A stretch of 64,000 nucleotides of DNA from a virus, in IMG/VR virus record IMGVR_UViG_3300032309_001546, positions 81,920-145,919 of that record. The stretch is one strand, 5' to 3'. The notes beneath the pieces were generated by a model. That model ran no database searches. It saw only the letters and a program-made list of their open reading frames with translations, and was not told the DNA's origin. How positions within the stretch are numbered: position 1 is the stretch's first letter; each line of letters opens with the position of its first letter. Position numbers and translations under genes: made by a program. Positions 19,201 to 27,165 of this stretch are shown one piece after another.

Positions 19201-20048
19201 GTGTTACCACAGACAGCGGCTTCGATGCGCTTGGCAAGGGTGGTCTTGATGACCACAATCTTAGCGCCGATAGCTACGGGCTTCACAGGAGTAACCTGCT
19301 TGGCCTTTGCCGCCGCGATGTGCGCCGAGAAGGTCATGGCCTTCGTGACGCGGGGGAATTTCGCGACGGGCTTCGCAGCAGCCTTAGCGACGGGCTTCGC
19401 AACGGGCTTGGAGGCAGCCTTGGGAGCAGGCTTTACAGCGGGCTCAGCGACGGCTTCCACTGCCACTTCCGTGACAGCAGCAACCTCGATGGCAGGGGCA
19501 GGGGCAGGCTTCACAGGAGCCTTAGCGACAGGCTTGGCAATTGCCTTCGGAGCGGGCTTGGCGACAGCCTTGGGGATATGGACCCCCTTCGACCGCAGCC
19601 AGCGGTCAAGGCGGATAGTGGTCCAGCAGTTACGCCGGGCCAAACGGGCTGCATGGCGGGTAAGCGCCTGCAGCCTGAGCGACGCCGCCGACTGGGCAGC
19701 AACAGTCCGCCGAAGCGGAAGGACGATGGCGTATACGTTCGCCAGAAAACGGGCCACGAAGGCCAAGATGACACGGACCATGGGATGGTCCTTACCCTCC
19801 GCGAGGAGGATTGGGGTGGTCGGCTTCACCGAATTGGCAAAGCGGACCACGAGGGAAGCGGGGATGCGGGGAGCGATGCGGGTTGCAGCCTCCGTGACCA
19901 GCACGAAGCTGGTGACGAAGAAGCTGACTAGGGCAGCGGCCTGCTGCGAAAGGGTGGGGGCCAGCTGGGCCTCCACGGTCAGCGCCGTTGCGAAAACGGC
20001 GAACACCACAGCCACGATGGCGGTGATGGCGAGTTGGATCCGAGACAT
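13251..20048 (-). CDS. 2265-aa multidomain protein: membrane N-terminus, putative two-barrel (YonO/QDE-1-like) RNA polymerase core, acidic linker, DUF4326, Zn ribbons, unknown YADYK domain, YspA/SLOG (DUF1273)
   Basis: Ordered motifs FDG..., R...G.IKG, FFRNP, GMDYDD, IGIVAN, IVDAAVKMTG; YVGRPSKWGNPF...CHCAPEACHADVL; FTGHRP...GGALGVD...RN..MID...AVWDGS.GGT; AGGAGG RBS. Confidence 0.75.
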   Translation of the reverse strand: MSRIQLAITAIVAVVFAVFATALTVEAQLAPTLSQQAAALVSFFVTSFVLVTEAATRIAPRIPASLVVRFANSVKPTTPILLAEGKDHPMVRVILAFVARFLANVYAIVLPLRRTVAAQSAASLRLQALTRHAARLARRNCWTTIRLDRWLRSKGVHIPKAVAKPAPKAIAKPVAKAPVKPAPAPAIEVAAVTEVAVEAVAEPAVKPAPKAASKPVAKPVAKAAAKPVAKFPRVTKAMTFSAHIAAAKAKQVTPVKPVAIGAKIVVIKTTLAKRIEAAVCGNTGKSAQDTASVFFAMTATEDAQKRTRKRELSRQRRNAVKASSPLIAVLAAAAPTFSQAVEAAWAKSPAEFLAGPGFLFVVGIVGILFVVVGNALATKLEAMVKAKPSEADCGPETCVGCGVAGFGSKGQFCNVCQADGTELTMRGGYDRLYAGIPSDAISAIAARLMAACEDIFAEVNNDLNGEATSTNNDTKASVKPGIILASTKHTGAPTPKENKMGNKKVRVCTPGTFAAFLEEACATSPAADDSPGLLEGLVVADDDTDAVANAKKLGLVTIRVLQKGMTLYCTPEAKKVSMAALRFKGKTLGRIAKYADSYWISRVTARVVLPGKVLDLGKIAAALVKFFDGLVLVRADVAKAMGLTAPMVARILTSEGLIKGMCIPLPARYFPEGVCIIASEVKTEWSATQNDYALCWIPGTAALTKEKAVMSLQSILMLLGAEVNSKEFYQLIAGYIAYAKKRLPDFLKGLDEDADDFVAGDEEAKVEDNRNSVLAKLLGAMRIPVLPFRMLAQQLVGTLSKNIEPGSMKIAPVTEEGSDLWATYPIPVLWPMLHAAWIAEGQHSEEVATKAKQTMELETKTADGRLIVYCTNFARWAKNNCAPNLAIFFRNPTGETSGTVAEIRELPESLNIFIIGVSGRMVIMFTTASGDTVVLLLQANEGMDYDDRCPTARGKLAMLIVKGLAWRTALADKAKLNAEKRAQKNALRAKMVAGIPENKSLWTRLNAATILGQAFKVKTENFVITAVTEPEAPVEATTAGMSHESLYESVMNMEENVFQKAIGIVANAKIYGMSLAVGWVKLPTFLEELREEISETLLFGVTLSDIVDAAVKMTGYAEAWASYRMVQVYQVWLDLVTEGKGREGWAFVPAVLRKLSLGAKSLFVDPAKRVAVLGEDMQPLFENGTKVTAPVRNEEGEIVTHLVAGELSSKVYTLWADYRQWCIDEVESLANAQWEAGRQNVLHQTLTAWLGRTEDEAPGEETEAWLYWNWSPGSFKNLQAWTNQELIHKIMAPAGHESNRRYRVVSAMLAGGNISRAKKALWLAYSAMPIRAAIELVDSQIESYILKNFEAEDRDAAVKMAWLAFANRYLQPAEKAKKVGKDAKPQALEITITEDANGNLKANGGIATTAFFVGGPWEYLTDWMSSNGIAAINGLDDNSLGEARQLALYLGKGGTPTVRQDAEALLAYIRGEKNCGGFGGDGEKLGWGIDGLLSLPGVRISDGREANGFEGQLATVSEIGRQIELRRKNKGEELRHALADLKKAKKPSETKIAEAQAELDSFNAMSTLEAADSFGFLRRLIEIFPGTAVKAELVEREWVTEWNPDIKTKDENGKTVMGRTVAVGTRFAPQGLNSFLILTFLGDDNGPQGGGEEDLNDVFSGDEPEEDTYEEGYEDEPSHEYDISEDADEMPEPEDAEEPDFGEENPDFDPSQYGDEEEESEVFEEDEKAKSSDRFDYTDCWVDSEDEESEATEASAPVVANAAPAVYNRADKDIPSGAVYVGRPSKWGNPFVLGRDGNREEVIAKYEAWVKAQVNLMDSLGELTGKSLICHCAPEACHADVLLRLANKTEEEAEESIPTSVCEVCEGAGCRICTNACEDCKVEGDFVAGLCPTCEARYEDNGPSMAAVCPVAEDEESEDFKSTTLGLPNREADKREVEAKLGLREDGQGFDGEIQTPNGSIIATEYARIVYGDHGPYIEFDADSVDLSEWQIRQKGPQAWYDEARLDGVMLYIQKRDVSTLPNPPAGAKSTHNNRPEGYADYKPGMLYVDPFKVKIAAATEEVEAEETEYFFVAFTGHRPDKIGGYNPNAEKRIWVREQIAAQLERGLAKHGEKLWLITGGALGVDQDAAEIAHEMGIPFTVMIPCVEQEAMWPREAKQRYWNMLEVASEVVQVSEKTYGEDKFCMQRRNMQMIDCADIVIAVWDGSTGGTKNAVDYAEESGLKIIFIDPNDFDAEVEAEEKPAPAPSEKKAGVAARLNRITGKK

Positions 20049-20292
20049 GAGTTACCTCCTAGTCAACGGGGTCCAGCGCGATCTATAGGGAAGCATTCCC
20101 TATGACCGACATACCAGTGTCTTGTAACACACTGGAAGATTTCTGGTCCTTTATGGGAAGGACCCTGTTTAAAACCCTGGCTTTCTGTTCGCTCCGGCAT
20201 TGACCCATACTACCTTCTTGGAAGATACTGGGGTGCCATTCGAACTATCCGGCCCATTGCGACCACCCCTTAGCAGAGAGCTGGTCCACATT

Positions 20293-20323
20293 TTAGCCCA
20301 TAGTAGTGCAACTATTTAAGTAT
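20293..20323 (-). promoter_or_regulatory. class-A repeated motif (TACTTAAATAGT-N0-11-ATGRGYTAA) upstream of the polymerase gene
   Basis: Same motif precedes every unit from 20.3 to 27.1 kb. Confidence 0.7.
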
Positions 20324-20339
20324 CGTACAAAAAATACCC

Positions 20340-21893
20340 TTCCTGGGAAGTTCATTAAAACACTTACACACCCAGTGTGCAGTTTGCTCAACGCATAAAT
20401 TACTAGTCTGATACTTGTTAACAGACCAGCGATCTATACGCCGTGAACCCATCCAGGGACGCCAGGAGCCTTGCCTCCGTCCTGGGATTAGCTTCGCACA
20501 TTAGCATGACATAAAGCGTTTTATCCCTTAAAGGATTCTTGCGCTGCAGTCTTCTTCTCCCACTACATTACTAGACTAGAGGTTCAATGGGCCTCTATGC
20601 TAGGGATCTTGCCGCCGAATTGCGCGAGAAGATATAACCATCCTACTCCTTTTGAGAGCAAGAGCATCTAGTAATTACCTGACCTATGTGTAGTTATCTA
20701 TGGGCAAACAGATCCTAACAAGAACTGAACCTCTGGCAGCGGTTTCTTGTTAGTTTAGGCGTACAAGCGCCTATCCCCTCTTATACGTGCATGCCTGGCA
20801 GTCATCACATACTAATTGGGGGCTGATCTTTTGCTTGCATAGTGATTTGGGTTCTTCTTACCAGTAAGAGCGGCGCTACTCGCTAAAACCAGTATATAGG
20901 GTGTTTATAACCCAATCCAAATGCAAACGGCTCCTCGGTATTTCAACCGAATCACAGCCTTCTACAAGTGTCAAGTGTGGGAGTCAAAGACACAGCATCC
21001 TTCTTGGGACGCTTTGTGTCATACTTCTGTTACGAAGCTAAAGCAACGAATCTCACCATCTCACAGACCAGGTCCTGTCTACACAGTAATCAACTGTATA
21101 GCGGTTATCTGATCTGTCCTCGTTGATTCCTCGTTATCTCTGCAGAAGGGCTACCGCTTAAAGTAGAAATCCTCCTGGATAACTTGGTCCACCGGCCACA
21201 CCTGCTAGAGTGCGCCTACTCTGTCTCACGACAGTTGGGGAATTATGCAGCATTTACTCTGTAAAAACAGGGAAAGGGTTCAGCACTTGCCGCCTTGCTT
21301 AAGGGCGGGAGTTTGCCTATCACGAGATCTGCTTGTGTCGGTTTTGCGGGGTGTTTTTGTTGAGGTTCCCCTTTTGCCTCCTTTTTTAAAGTCCGTACTC
21401 TCTTTCGAGGACAACAGACTTAGTGCGCGTAATCAACGCTTGGGAAAGTTAAAACCCATATAGTCATCTTTGGTGAGGGATGACGCCCTACTGCCGACAG
21501 GCAGACCCCTAAAATCTCTATTAGCCATACTTGACATCCACACCACCGACATATTAGGAGCTTTCGCCCCCGGAAGAACTGTTCCTCCTTGGTGTTTCAG
21601 TCTGTGTTGCAGGCCGTACGAGATCTTAGGTTGACAGTTTTTCTGCTACCGACTTTTAGGGATTGCTCCCTCCGCCGGATTTATGCAGGAACACAGTTTT
21701 GGCTGTTAGCCTAGCTGCTTATACTGTCCTCGTGTCCTCTCCGACCATCCACCTTTGGGCATGGCCAGATACTGCACAAGTCAACGAACCGGTAAGATTC
21801 GTTGCTTATTTTTTATGGGGCGTTAACTACGTGCAAAACCTTGCCAACGCTGATCCCCACATATGGTCACTCCATATGTTTAAGACTCCACTG
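20340..21893 (-). ncRNA. candidate giant (~1.55 kb) structured ncRNA
   Basis: No minus-strand ORF of 60 aa or more; two class-A motifs upstream; dense hairpins with GNRA loops on the minus strand. Confidence 0.6.
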
Positions 21894-22080
21894 TTTAGCC
21901 CATAGTATTCTTTTGACGACTATTTTTGGACTATTTGAGTAAAGTAAAACAATTTAACCCATAACTATACAACTCTTTGAGTATTAGAGAAAAAATAGCC
22001 CTTAACGCGGGCTAGACGTGCTTTTCTGTTCCCAAGAAGCAACTCTCGGATGGGCACCACCCCATCAGGCACCTCCCGTT

Positions 22081-22368
22081 TCAGGGAGACGGGCACTCCC
22101 CATCTTTGAGGTGACGCTTGCTGCGCACACAGCCGTATTCGGCCATGCGAGCCTCCACCTTGCGAAGGTGAAGAGTGTCACCCCAAACCGAGATGTAGGG
22201 TTTATTAGCCAAAGCTCCGAGAAGCCGGCCAATTCCCCACATCACGTCGGAAGCCTCGTCCTTGAGTTCTTCAAGGTTTTTAACCTCGAAAAGCTCTACT
22301 GCCTCTTCGGCAATATGGACGATAGCAACCCGGATGGGAAGCACCTCAAGACATTTACAGAAATGCAT
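22081..22368 (-). CDS. possible MazG-like all-alpha NTP pyrophosphohydrolase
   Basis: EEAVEL...EELKDEASDV resembles EExxE...ExxD; AGGAG RBS. Confidence 0.5.
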   Translation of the reverse strand: MHFCKCLEVLPIRVAIVHIAEEAVELFEVKNLEELKDEASDVMWGIGRLLGALANKPYISVWGDTLHLRKVEARMAEYGCVRSKRHLKDGECPSP

Positions 22369-22526
22369 CTGTAGACTCCTTGTGGTAATGCTGTATGCAG
22401 TACAGCGCTGTGAGTAAAAGGATCTTTACTTCACTGTTTAGCCCAGACTAGTGTACTATTTAAGTATGTTTCAAAGAATGACCCATCTTGCGATGGGTCA
22501 CTCAGTGATGTCTCTCTTCCCTTTCT

Positions 22527-22889
22527 CTACTTCCGCCAGGCCCCAGTACGAGCCTCGACCACAGTCTTGAGGTTGCAGTAGAGGTTGCCCACCGCATAGC
22601 GGCAGGGGGTAGCGGTGGTCAGCCAGTCCTCGTTGGACTGAAGGTCGGGACCCTTGGCCATGGCCAGAGAGTAGCGAGCTTCCTCTGACAACTGGCATTT
22701 GGCCAGAGTCTTGCGGTGCACCGAGACCTTGACGGTGTCGATCTCGCCGCTGAAAGAAGCCGCCACGTGGTTCCAGCCGATGGCCTTGAGGGCCTCGACG
22801 ATCTCCGTCTTGTAGACCGAGACGGGAAGGGTGGGGGGGAAGGAGATAAGGAGCGCGCTATCCGTCACATCATTGATCTTCTTGCACAT
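22527..22889 (-). CDS. cassette hypothetical protein
   Basis: GGAGG RBS before ATG 22889. Confidence 0.75.
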   Translation of the reverse strand: MCKKINDVTDSALLISFPPTLPVSVYKTEIVEALKAIGWNHVAASFSGEIDTVKVSVHRKTLAKCQLSEEARYSLAMAKGPDLQSNEDWLTTATPCRYAVGNLYCNLKTVVEARTGAWRK

Positions 22890-23034
22890 GGTTTCCTCCA
22901 TTGGAAAGGCGGTGTGGCGCACCGTGGCAGGGGGTAGAATCTGCCATCTTCTAGTTCATAGTAGGACTATTTAAGTACTATAGATTACTTACCCCACCTT
23001 GCAGTGGGGCTTTCATCTACCTCAACCTCAGCTC

Positions 23035-23181
23035 TTAGTCCTGCATGCAGCTCCACGAGATGCCGATCCAGGACAGGATCAGAAGACCCGCGCAGACCGG
23101 CTCCATCACGCCAGAGCCAAAGCTCCAGCCGAGGGTGCAGGTTGCGAGGAGGAAGCTGGCGGTAGCGATTGCATTCTTCAT
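23035..23181 (-). CDS. cassette small two-TM peptide
   Basis: 48 aa, hydrophobic, GGAG RBS, fills a cassette slot. Confidence 0.65.
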   Translation of the reverse strand: MKNAIATASFLLATCTLGWSFGSGVMEPVCAGLLILSWIGISWSCMQD

Positions 23182-23325
23182 GACATTCTCCAGTTTGGCA
23201 TCATTCTTTACGAAGTGTAAAGCTATGTATGCCCACAGCCTAGCCCATACTACTATTTGTGTATCCTAGAAAAGATAGCCCACCTCCTCAGGGTGAGCCA
23301 TCCTATCTATCCTCAATCGCTCTAG

Positions 23326-23505
23326 TTACTCGCTGCGGTCAGCAAGCCAACCACCACGACGCACCGACTGGCGGCACGCGAGGCAGTCACAGCCCCAAAG
23401 GGCGTCGGCGATGTCGCTTTCCCAGGCAAACTCCTCTTCCTCCGTGAGGAGGACGATGAGCTCGATCTGAAACAGGGCGAGGATCTTGACAAGAATCTTG
23501 TCCAT
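23326..23505 (-). CDS. cassette small protein (CxCxxC)
   Basis: AAGGAG RBS before ATG 23505. Confidence 0.7.
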   Translation of the reverse strand: MDKILVKILALFQIELIVLLTEEEEFAWESDIADALWGCDCLACRQSVRRGGWLADRSE

Positions 23506-23630
23506 GGCTAACTCCTTTACGAGTGGGGACGACATTATCCCAAAGCTGGCCAAAGATTAACTCATAGCAGTACAACTATTTATGTATTGTCGATTACTTA
23601 CCCCTTACGGGGCTTTCGTCGGGTTGCTCT

Positions 23631-23891
23631 CTACTTGTCGCCGCATACCGGGAGTGGCGTGCCGTTAGGCACGTCACTCATCGGGTGTGGGTGAGTCGCA
23701 GAGAAGTCTACAATCCACCACCGCCAACGGGTTTCCCCGCTAAGGCTGCAGTCGATCTCAACAAGCTCGTCCTCAACGCAGTACCCAGCAACCTTCGGCT
23801 CGATCGTACCGGTGGTCGGCACGGGGAGCGTGTTGTTGCTGGAGCAAGCGGTGAGGAGCGAGGCAAGCAACGCGATCTTCAACTTATCCAT
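23631..23891 (-). CDS. cassette lipoprotein
   Basis: MDKLKIALLASLLTA-C lipobox; AAGGAG RBS. Confidence 0.75.
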   Translation of the reverse strand: MDKLKIALLASLLTACSSNNTLPVPTTGTIEPKVAGYCVEDELVEIDCSLSGETRWRWWIVDFSATHPHPMSDVPNGTPLPVCGDK

Positions 23892-24015
23892 GAGATCTCC
23901 TTTCGGTTTGGGTGACATTACCCATCTCACCGTTTAGCCCATAGGACTGTTTAAGTATTGTTCAAAGAATAGCCCGCCTAAGCGAGCCACTCGATGATGC
24001 AGTCTACCTCATCCT

Positions 24016-24216
24016 CTAGTCATCGAATCCATACTGCCAAAACAGCGAGGACACGATGGCCATGCCGATCAGCACGATCGTTGCGAACGTGCCGAGAGCG
24101 TTGAACAGGTTCTCGGGGCCGGCGACCCGAAGCCAGTTGTCCATGAGGCAACCAGCGAAGAACATATTCAAGAGGTGAACGAAGACGCGGACAATGTTCC
24201 AGAGAACCTTAACCAT
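24016..24216 (-). CDS. cassette two-TM membrane protein
   Basis: AAGGAG RBS; two hydrophobic helices. Confidence 0.7.
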   Translation of the reverse strand: MVKVLWNIVRVFVHLLNMFFAGCLMDNWLRVAGPENLFNALGTFATIVLIGMAIVSSLFWQYGFDD

Positions 24217-24357
24217 GACAGACTCCTTTCTAGTAATATTCCCCAACGAAATGCGGGGCTATATCACCACACTTTAACCCACACTACTTGAACTATTTAA
24301 GTACAGTAGAAAAGATAGCCCACCTTGCGGTGAGCCAGAGCTTCCCTGATTGTGGAC

Positions 24358-24648
24358 CTAAGGCTTGTTAGCCAAGTGGTCCGTGATGGCCTTGCTGTTG
24401 CCCTGCGAAGGGCAGCACCCAAACTCGCGGAACCAGTAGTCCCGCTTGTTATGCCACTTCTTCTTGGCGGCCTTCTTCCGAGCCTCGCTTGCCTTTTTAC
24501 GGGCAGCACGGACAGAGGCGCGAATCTTGCGAGCCTGCTGACGAGTTTCCTCGTCAACAAGCCCGCAGAACAGGATCATGAAACCCGTTCCTGCACCCCC
24601 GAGAAGAATGACGGCGAAAATCAATCGCAACCACATCATCGAGTCCAT
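24358..24648 (-). CDS. cassette membrane-anchored basic protein
   Basis: AGGAGG RBS; TM helix then K/R/A-rich helix. Confidence 0.75.
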   Translation of the reverse strand: MDSMMWLRLIFAVILLGGAGTGFMILFCGLVDEETRQQARKIRASVRAARKKASEARKKAAKKKWHNKRDYWFREFGCCPSQGNSKAITDHLANKP

Positions 24649-24806
24649 AACAAACCTCCTTTACGTTAGGTTAGCGCTCTGCGAATCTGCAGTTTACGCC
24701 ATGTCATGTCACCTTCTAAGTCATACTATTTAAGTATCTTAGAAAAAATGACCCGTCCAAAGACGGGCCATGTTCCCTTGCCCACCCTAAGGTGAGCCGT
24801 TGCTCT

Positions 24807-25049
24807 TTACCTGAACGGAACGTACAGGTAGAGAGCGCGACGATTGAACCCAGTCGCCTTGTGGATGCTCGCGAAGAGCCGGTATTCCGGGGGCGAGCTG
24901 GTCATGGCGCTGTAAACGCCACGTGCGACCTGGTAGCCGCATCTGCTCCCGCGGTTCTCGAAGGCAGTCCAGGCCGCAGCCTGAGACAGCCAGTCGAGAA
25001 GACGATCCTCCTCTGTCTTGGGGGTCGTCTCGTTGGTGTTGTTGCTCAT
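24807..25049 (-). CDS. cassette hypothetical protein
   Basis: AGGAGG RBS before ATG 25049. Confidence 0.7.
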   Translation of the reverse strand: MSNNTNETTPKTEEDRLLDWLSQAAAWTAFENRGSRCGYQVARGVYSAMTSSPPEYRLFASIHKATGFNRRALYLYVPFR

Positions 25050-25204
25050 TTTATCCTCCTTGAAGGTTGCAGTGTGGCGCACTGGGCAGGGGGTAGAATC
25101 TGCCATATATTAACTCATAGCAGAACTCTGTAAGTATTAGAGAAGAAATACCCCACCCTAGCATAAGCCAAAGTGGGGCAATCCTCTAGTCCATCAACCA
25201 GTTA

Positions 25205-25432
25205 TTACCAGTTGAAATCCTGCTCAACATGATGGAGCACCTCAGTGCCAAACACGCTGAACCGAATCAACAGTCGAAGGCGCACAGGGGTGCCACCCTC
25301 GATGCCGTGGTGCTGCAGCCCAAAGGCCACAAGATTCTTCCACCCACGGCCGGGGTGGGGAGTGGTGTCAATGACAACACCGTTCACCATGGTCTCAACC
25401 TCAAGCAACTGCATCTCGGTCGTGATCATCAT
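25205..25432 (-). CDS. cassette hypothetical protein
   Basis: GGAGG RBS before ATG 25432. Confidence 0.7.
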   Translation of the reverse strand: MMITTEMQLLEVETMVNGVVIDTTPHPGRGWKNLVAFGLQHHGIEGGTPVRLRLLIRFSVFGTEVLHHVEQDFNW

Positions 25433-25632
25433 CTTATCCTCCATTGAAAAGGAAGGGAATTTCACCCCACCCGAGAACACTCTCAGGATTTGAAGTTCAT
25501 AGAAAATTTGAACCTCCACACTTTAGCTCATACTATTTAAGTATATAAGAAAAGATGGCCCATCCTCTCGGACAGGCCACCTAAGCTAATACAAGCTGAC
25601 TCAAGGGCTCAAAGGATCAAGCTCTCAATCAA

Positions 25633-25833
25633 TCAATGCCAGGGATTACGCCCAGCAGGATTGAAGAAGCCGCGACGGGCGCACTCACGCTTGATCTCCT
25701 CGCGCCTCTCTTCCATATCCCGGCAGTAGCTGTTGCCCCAGCCGTACTGGCTGTGGAAACGGACATCATCCGCGAGAAGGTTGACGGAAATGAGGGAATT
25801 GCAGTTCCGAATCTCAATCTTCAACTTATCCAT
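25633..25833 (-). CDS. cassette hypothetical protein
   Basis: GGAGG RBS before ATG 25833. Confidence 0.7.
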   Translation of the reverse strand: MDKLKIEIRNCNSLISVNLLADDVRFHSQYGWGNSYCRDMEERREEIKRECARRGFFNPAGRNPWH

Positions 25834-25973
25834 GGCAAACCTCCAGGTTGAAATCACTCCTATGAAATATAGGTAGTGTGCCAAATGTTAACTCATAGTA
25901 GTACTCTGTTAGTATGTTAGAAAAGATAGCCCCCGAAGGGGCCAGAGCTTGACCAGAGCGTGAGCTCTAGTTA

Positions 25974-26237
25974 CTACTTGTACATCGCCTTAATGAAGGC
26001 GTTCTCGATGGCGCGAACCAGCTGCCAGCTCGCGTTCATCTCCTTGTCCAGGTCCCAGGAGGAACCGTCCTTGGCCTCGATGTCCTTGAGGCGGGAGATC
26101 TCGACCTTGATCGTGCTAAGCGTGTTCCGAAGCTCCTCATGGGAACCCTCTTTGATACCGTTGTTGTCAACAGAATCATTGAAGGTTGCCCAGCAGGTCT
26201 CCGCAATCTCGCTCATCTGGATCATGCTCTTGTTCAT
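25974..26237 (-). CDS. cassette hypothetical helical protein
   Basis: GGAGG RBS before ATG 26237. Confidence 0.7.
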   Translation of the reverse strand: MNKSMIQMSEIAETCWATFNDSVDNNGIKEGSHEELRNTLSTIKVEISRLKDIEAKDGSSWDLDKEMNASWQLVRAIENAFIKAMYK

Positions 26238-26394
26238 CTTATCCTCCGTTGGTTGGAAGGGAATTTCACCCTGCCCGAGACAATTCCCAGGACTTGAAGC
26301 TAGTAAGATTACCAACTCCCACATGTTAACCCATAATACTATTTGAGTATCTTAGAAAAGATAGCTCGCCATTACAGCGAGCCAGAGCTAATCT

Positions 26395-26751
26395 CTAACG
26401 CCAGTTGTGAACAATGCTGAACCAGGGTTGAACCAGGTCAGCCGGAAGCTCCTTGTGGAGCTTATCCGTGATTTCCCTCCACTCCAGCATGTGCTGGTAG
26501 CGGATAGAGGACGGGATCTCACGGTTGTAGCCGTGGAACCCCTCAAACCAAGCGACGAACACCTGGATATCCTCTGCAGTAGCCTTGCGAGCCTGATCCC
26601 TAATCTCCTCAAGGGAGACCTGGGCAGCAGACTTGACGGCAGGAGCAACGTTGACAGTCTTGACGCTCTCCTTCCCGAAGGGGAAGAAAAGAGTAACAAG
26701 GCCGACGACGAAGCAAAGAGCCATCAAAGCGACAAGAATAACGTTCAACAT
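26395..26751 (-). CDS. cassette membrane-anchored protein
   Basis: AGGAGG RBS; N-terminal TM helix. Confidence 0.75.
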   Translation of the reverse strand: MLNVILVALMALCFVVGLVTLFFPFGKESVKTVNVAPAVKSAAQVSLEEIRDQARKATAEDIQVFVAWFEGFHGYNREIPSSIRYQHMLEWREITDKLHKELPADLVQPWFSIVHNWR

Positions 26752-26870
26752 GGCAAACCTCCTGGTTGAAATCGTTCCTATGAATTATAGGTAACGTGCC
26801 ACAAGTTAAGTCATACTATTTGTGTATGTAAGAAAGAATGACCCACCTTGCGATGGGTCACTCAATCAGG

Positions 26871-27062
26871 CTACAGAGAGAAGTATCTCTGTGACCACAC
26901 GACGGACAGGCTGTTCCACGTACCCCAGGTCAGGGTGCTATGGCGGGTGTGCTTGTCCATGCTGCGGTCGATGACATCAAGCTCCTTGCGGGAGACTGCC
27001 GAAGCAATCTCTTGAAGGAACTTCTTTGCCAGGTACTCATTAGACGCGACATTGATTCTCAT
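26871..27062 (-). CDS. cassette hypothetical protein
   Basis: GGAG RBS. Confidence 0.7.
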   Translation of the reverse strand: MRINVASNEYLAKKFLQEIASAVSRKELDVIDRSMDKHTRHSTLTWGTWNSLSVVWSQRYFSL

Positions 27063-27165
27063 TGTCTATCTCCATGAAGGGTGAAATTACCCACATACTA
27101 TCCCATACTATTTAAGTATAGGAGAAAAAATGACCCATCTCTCGATAGGTCATTGATCCTAGTAC

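Larger units (their letters stand above)
21895..27160 (-). repeat. dispersed composite intergenic repeat (terminator hairpin + TTTTCT + class-A motif), ~15 copies
   Basis: Copies near 21895, 21953, 22438, 22951, 23241, 23557, 23934, 24274, 24717, 25110, 25523, 25888, 26326, 26806, 27099. Confidence 0.9.

Noticed and set aside
13716-20088. Long plus-strand ORFs (538, 1073, 437 aa) opposite the giant gene
   Set aside because: Antisense shadows expected from GC-rich codon bias; no RBS or recognisable domains, while the minus frame has clear domains
20900-21470. Group II intron domain V, group I core, or 23S rRNA fragment
   Set aside because: GAGCCGTTTGC lacks its pairing half; GACT/AGTC is just a short helix; GTCGTGAGACAG is a short GNRA hairpin with no further rRNA similarity; no interrupted gene
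20921-21905. Plus-strand ORFs 20921-21112, 21245-21463, 21663-21905
   Set aside because: Short, against the orientation of the whole block, without convincing RBS or protein-like features
21895-27160. Integron attC array
   Set aside because: No consistent paired RYYYAAC/GTTRRRY boxes and no integrase in the window; hairpins look like intrinsic terminators
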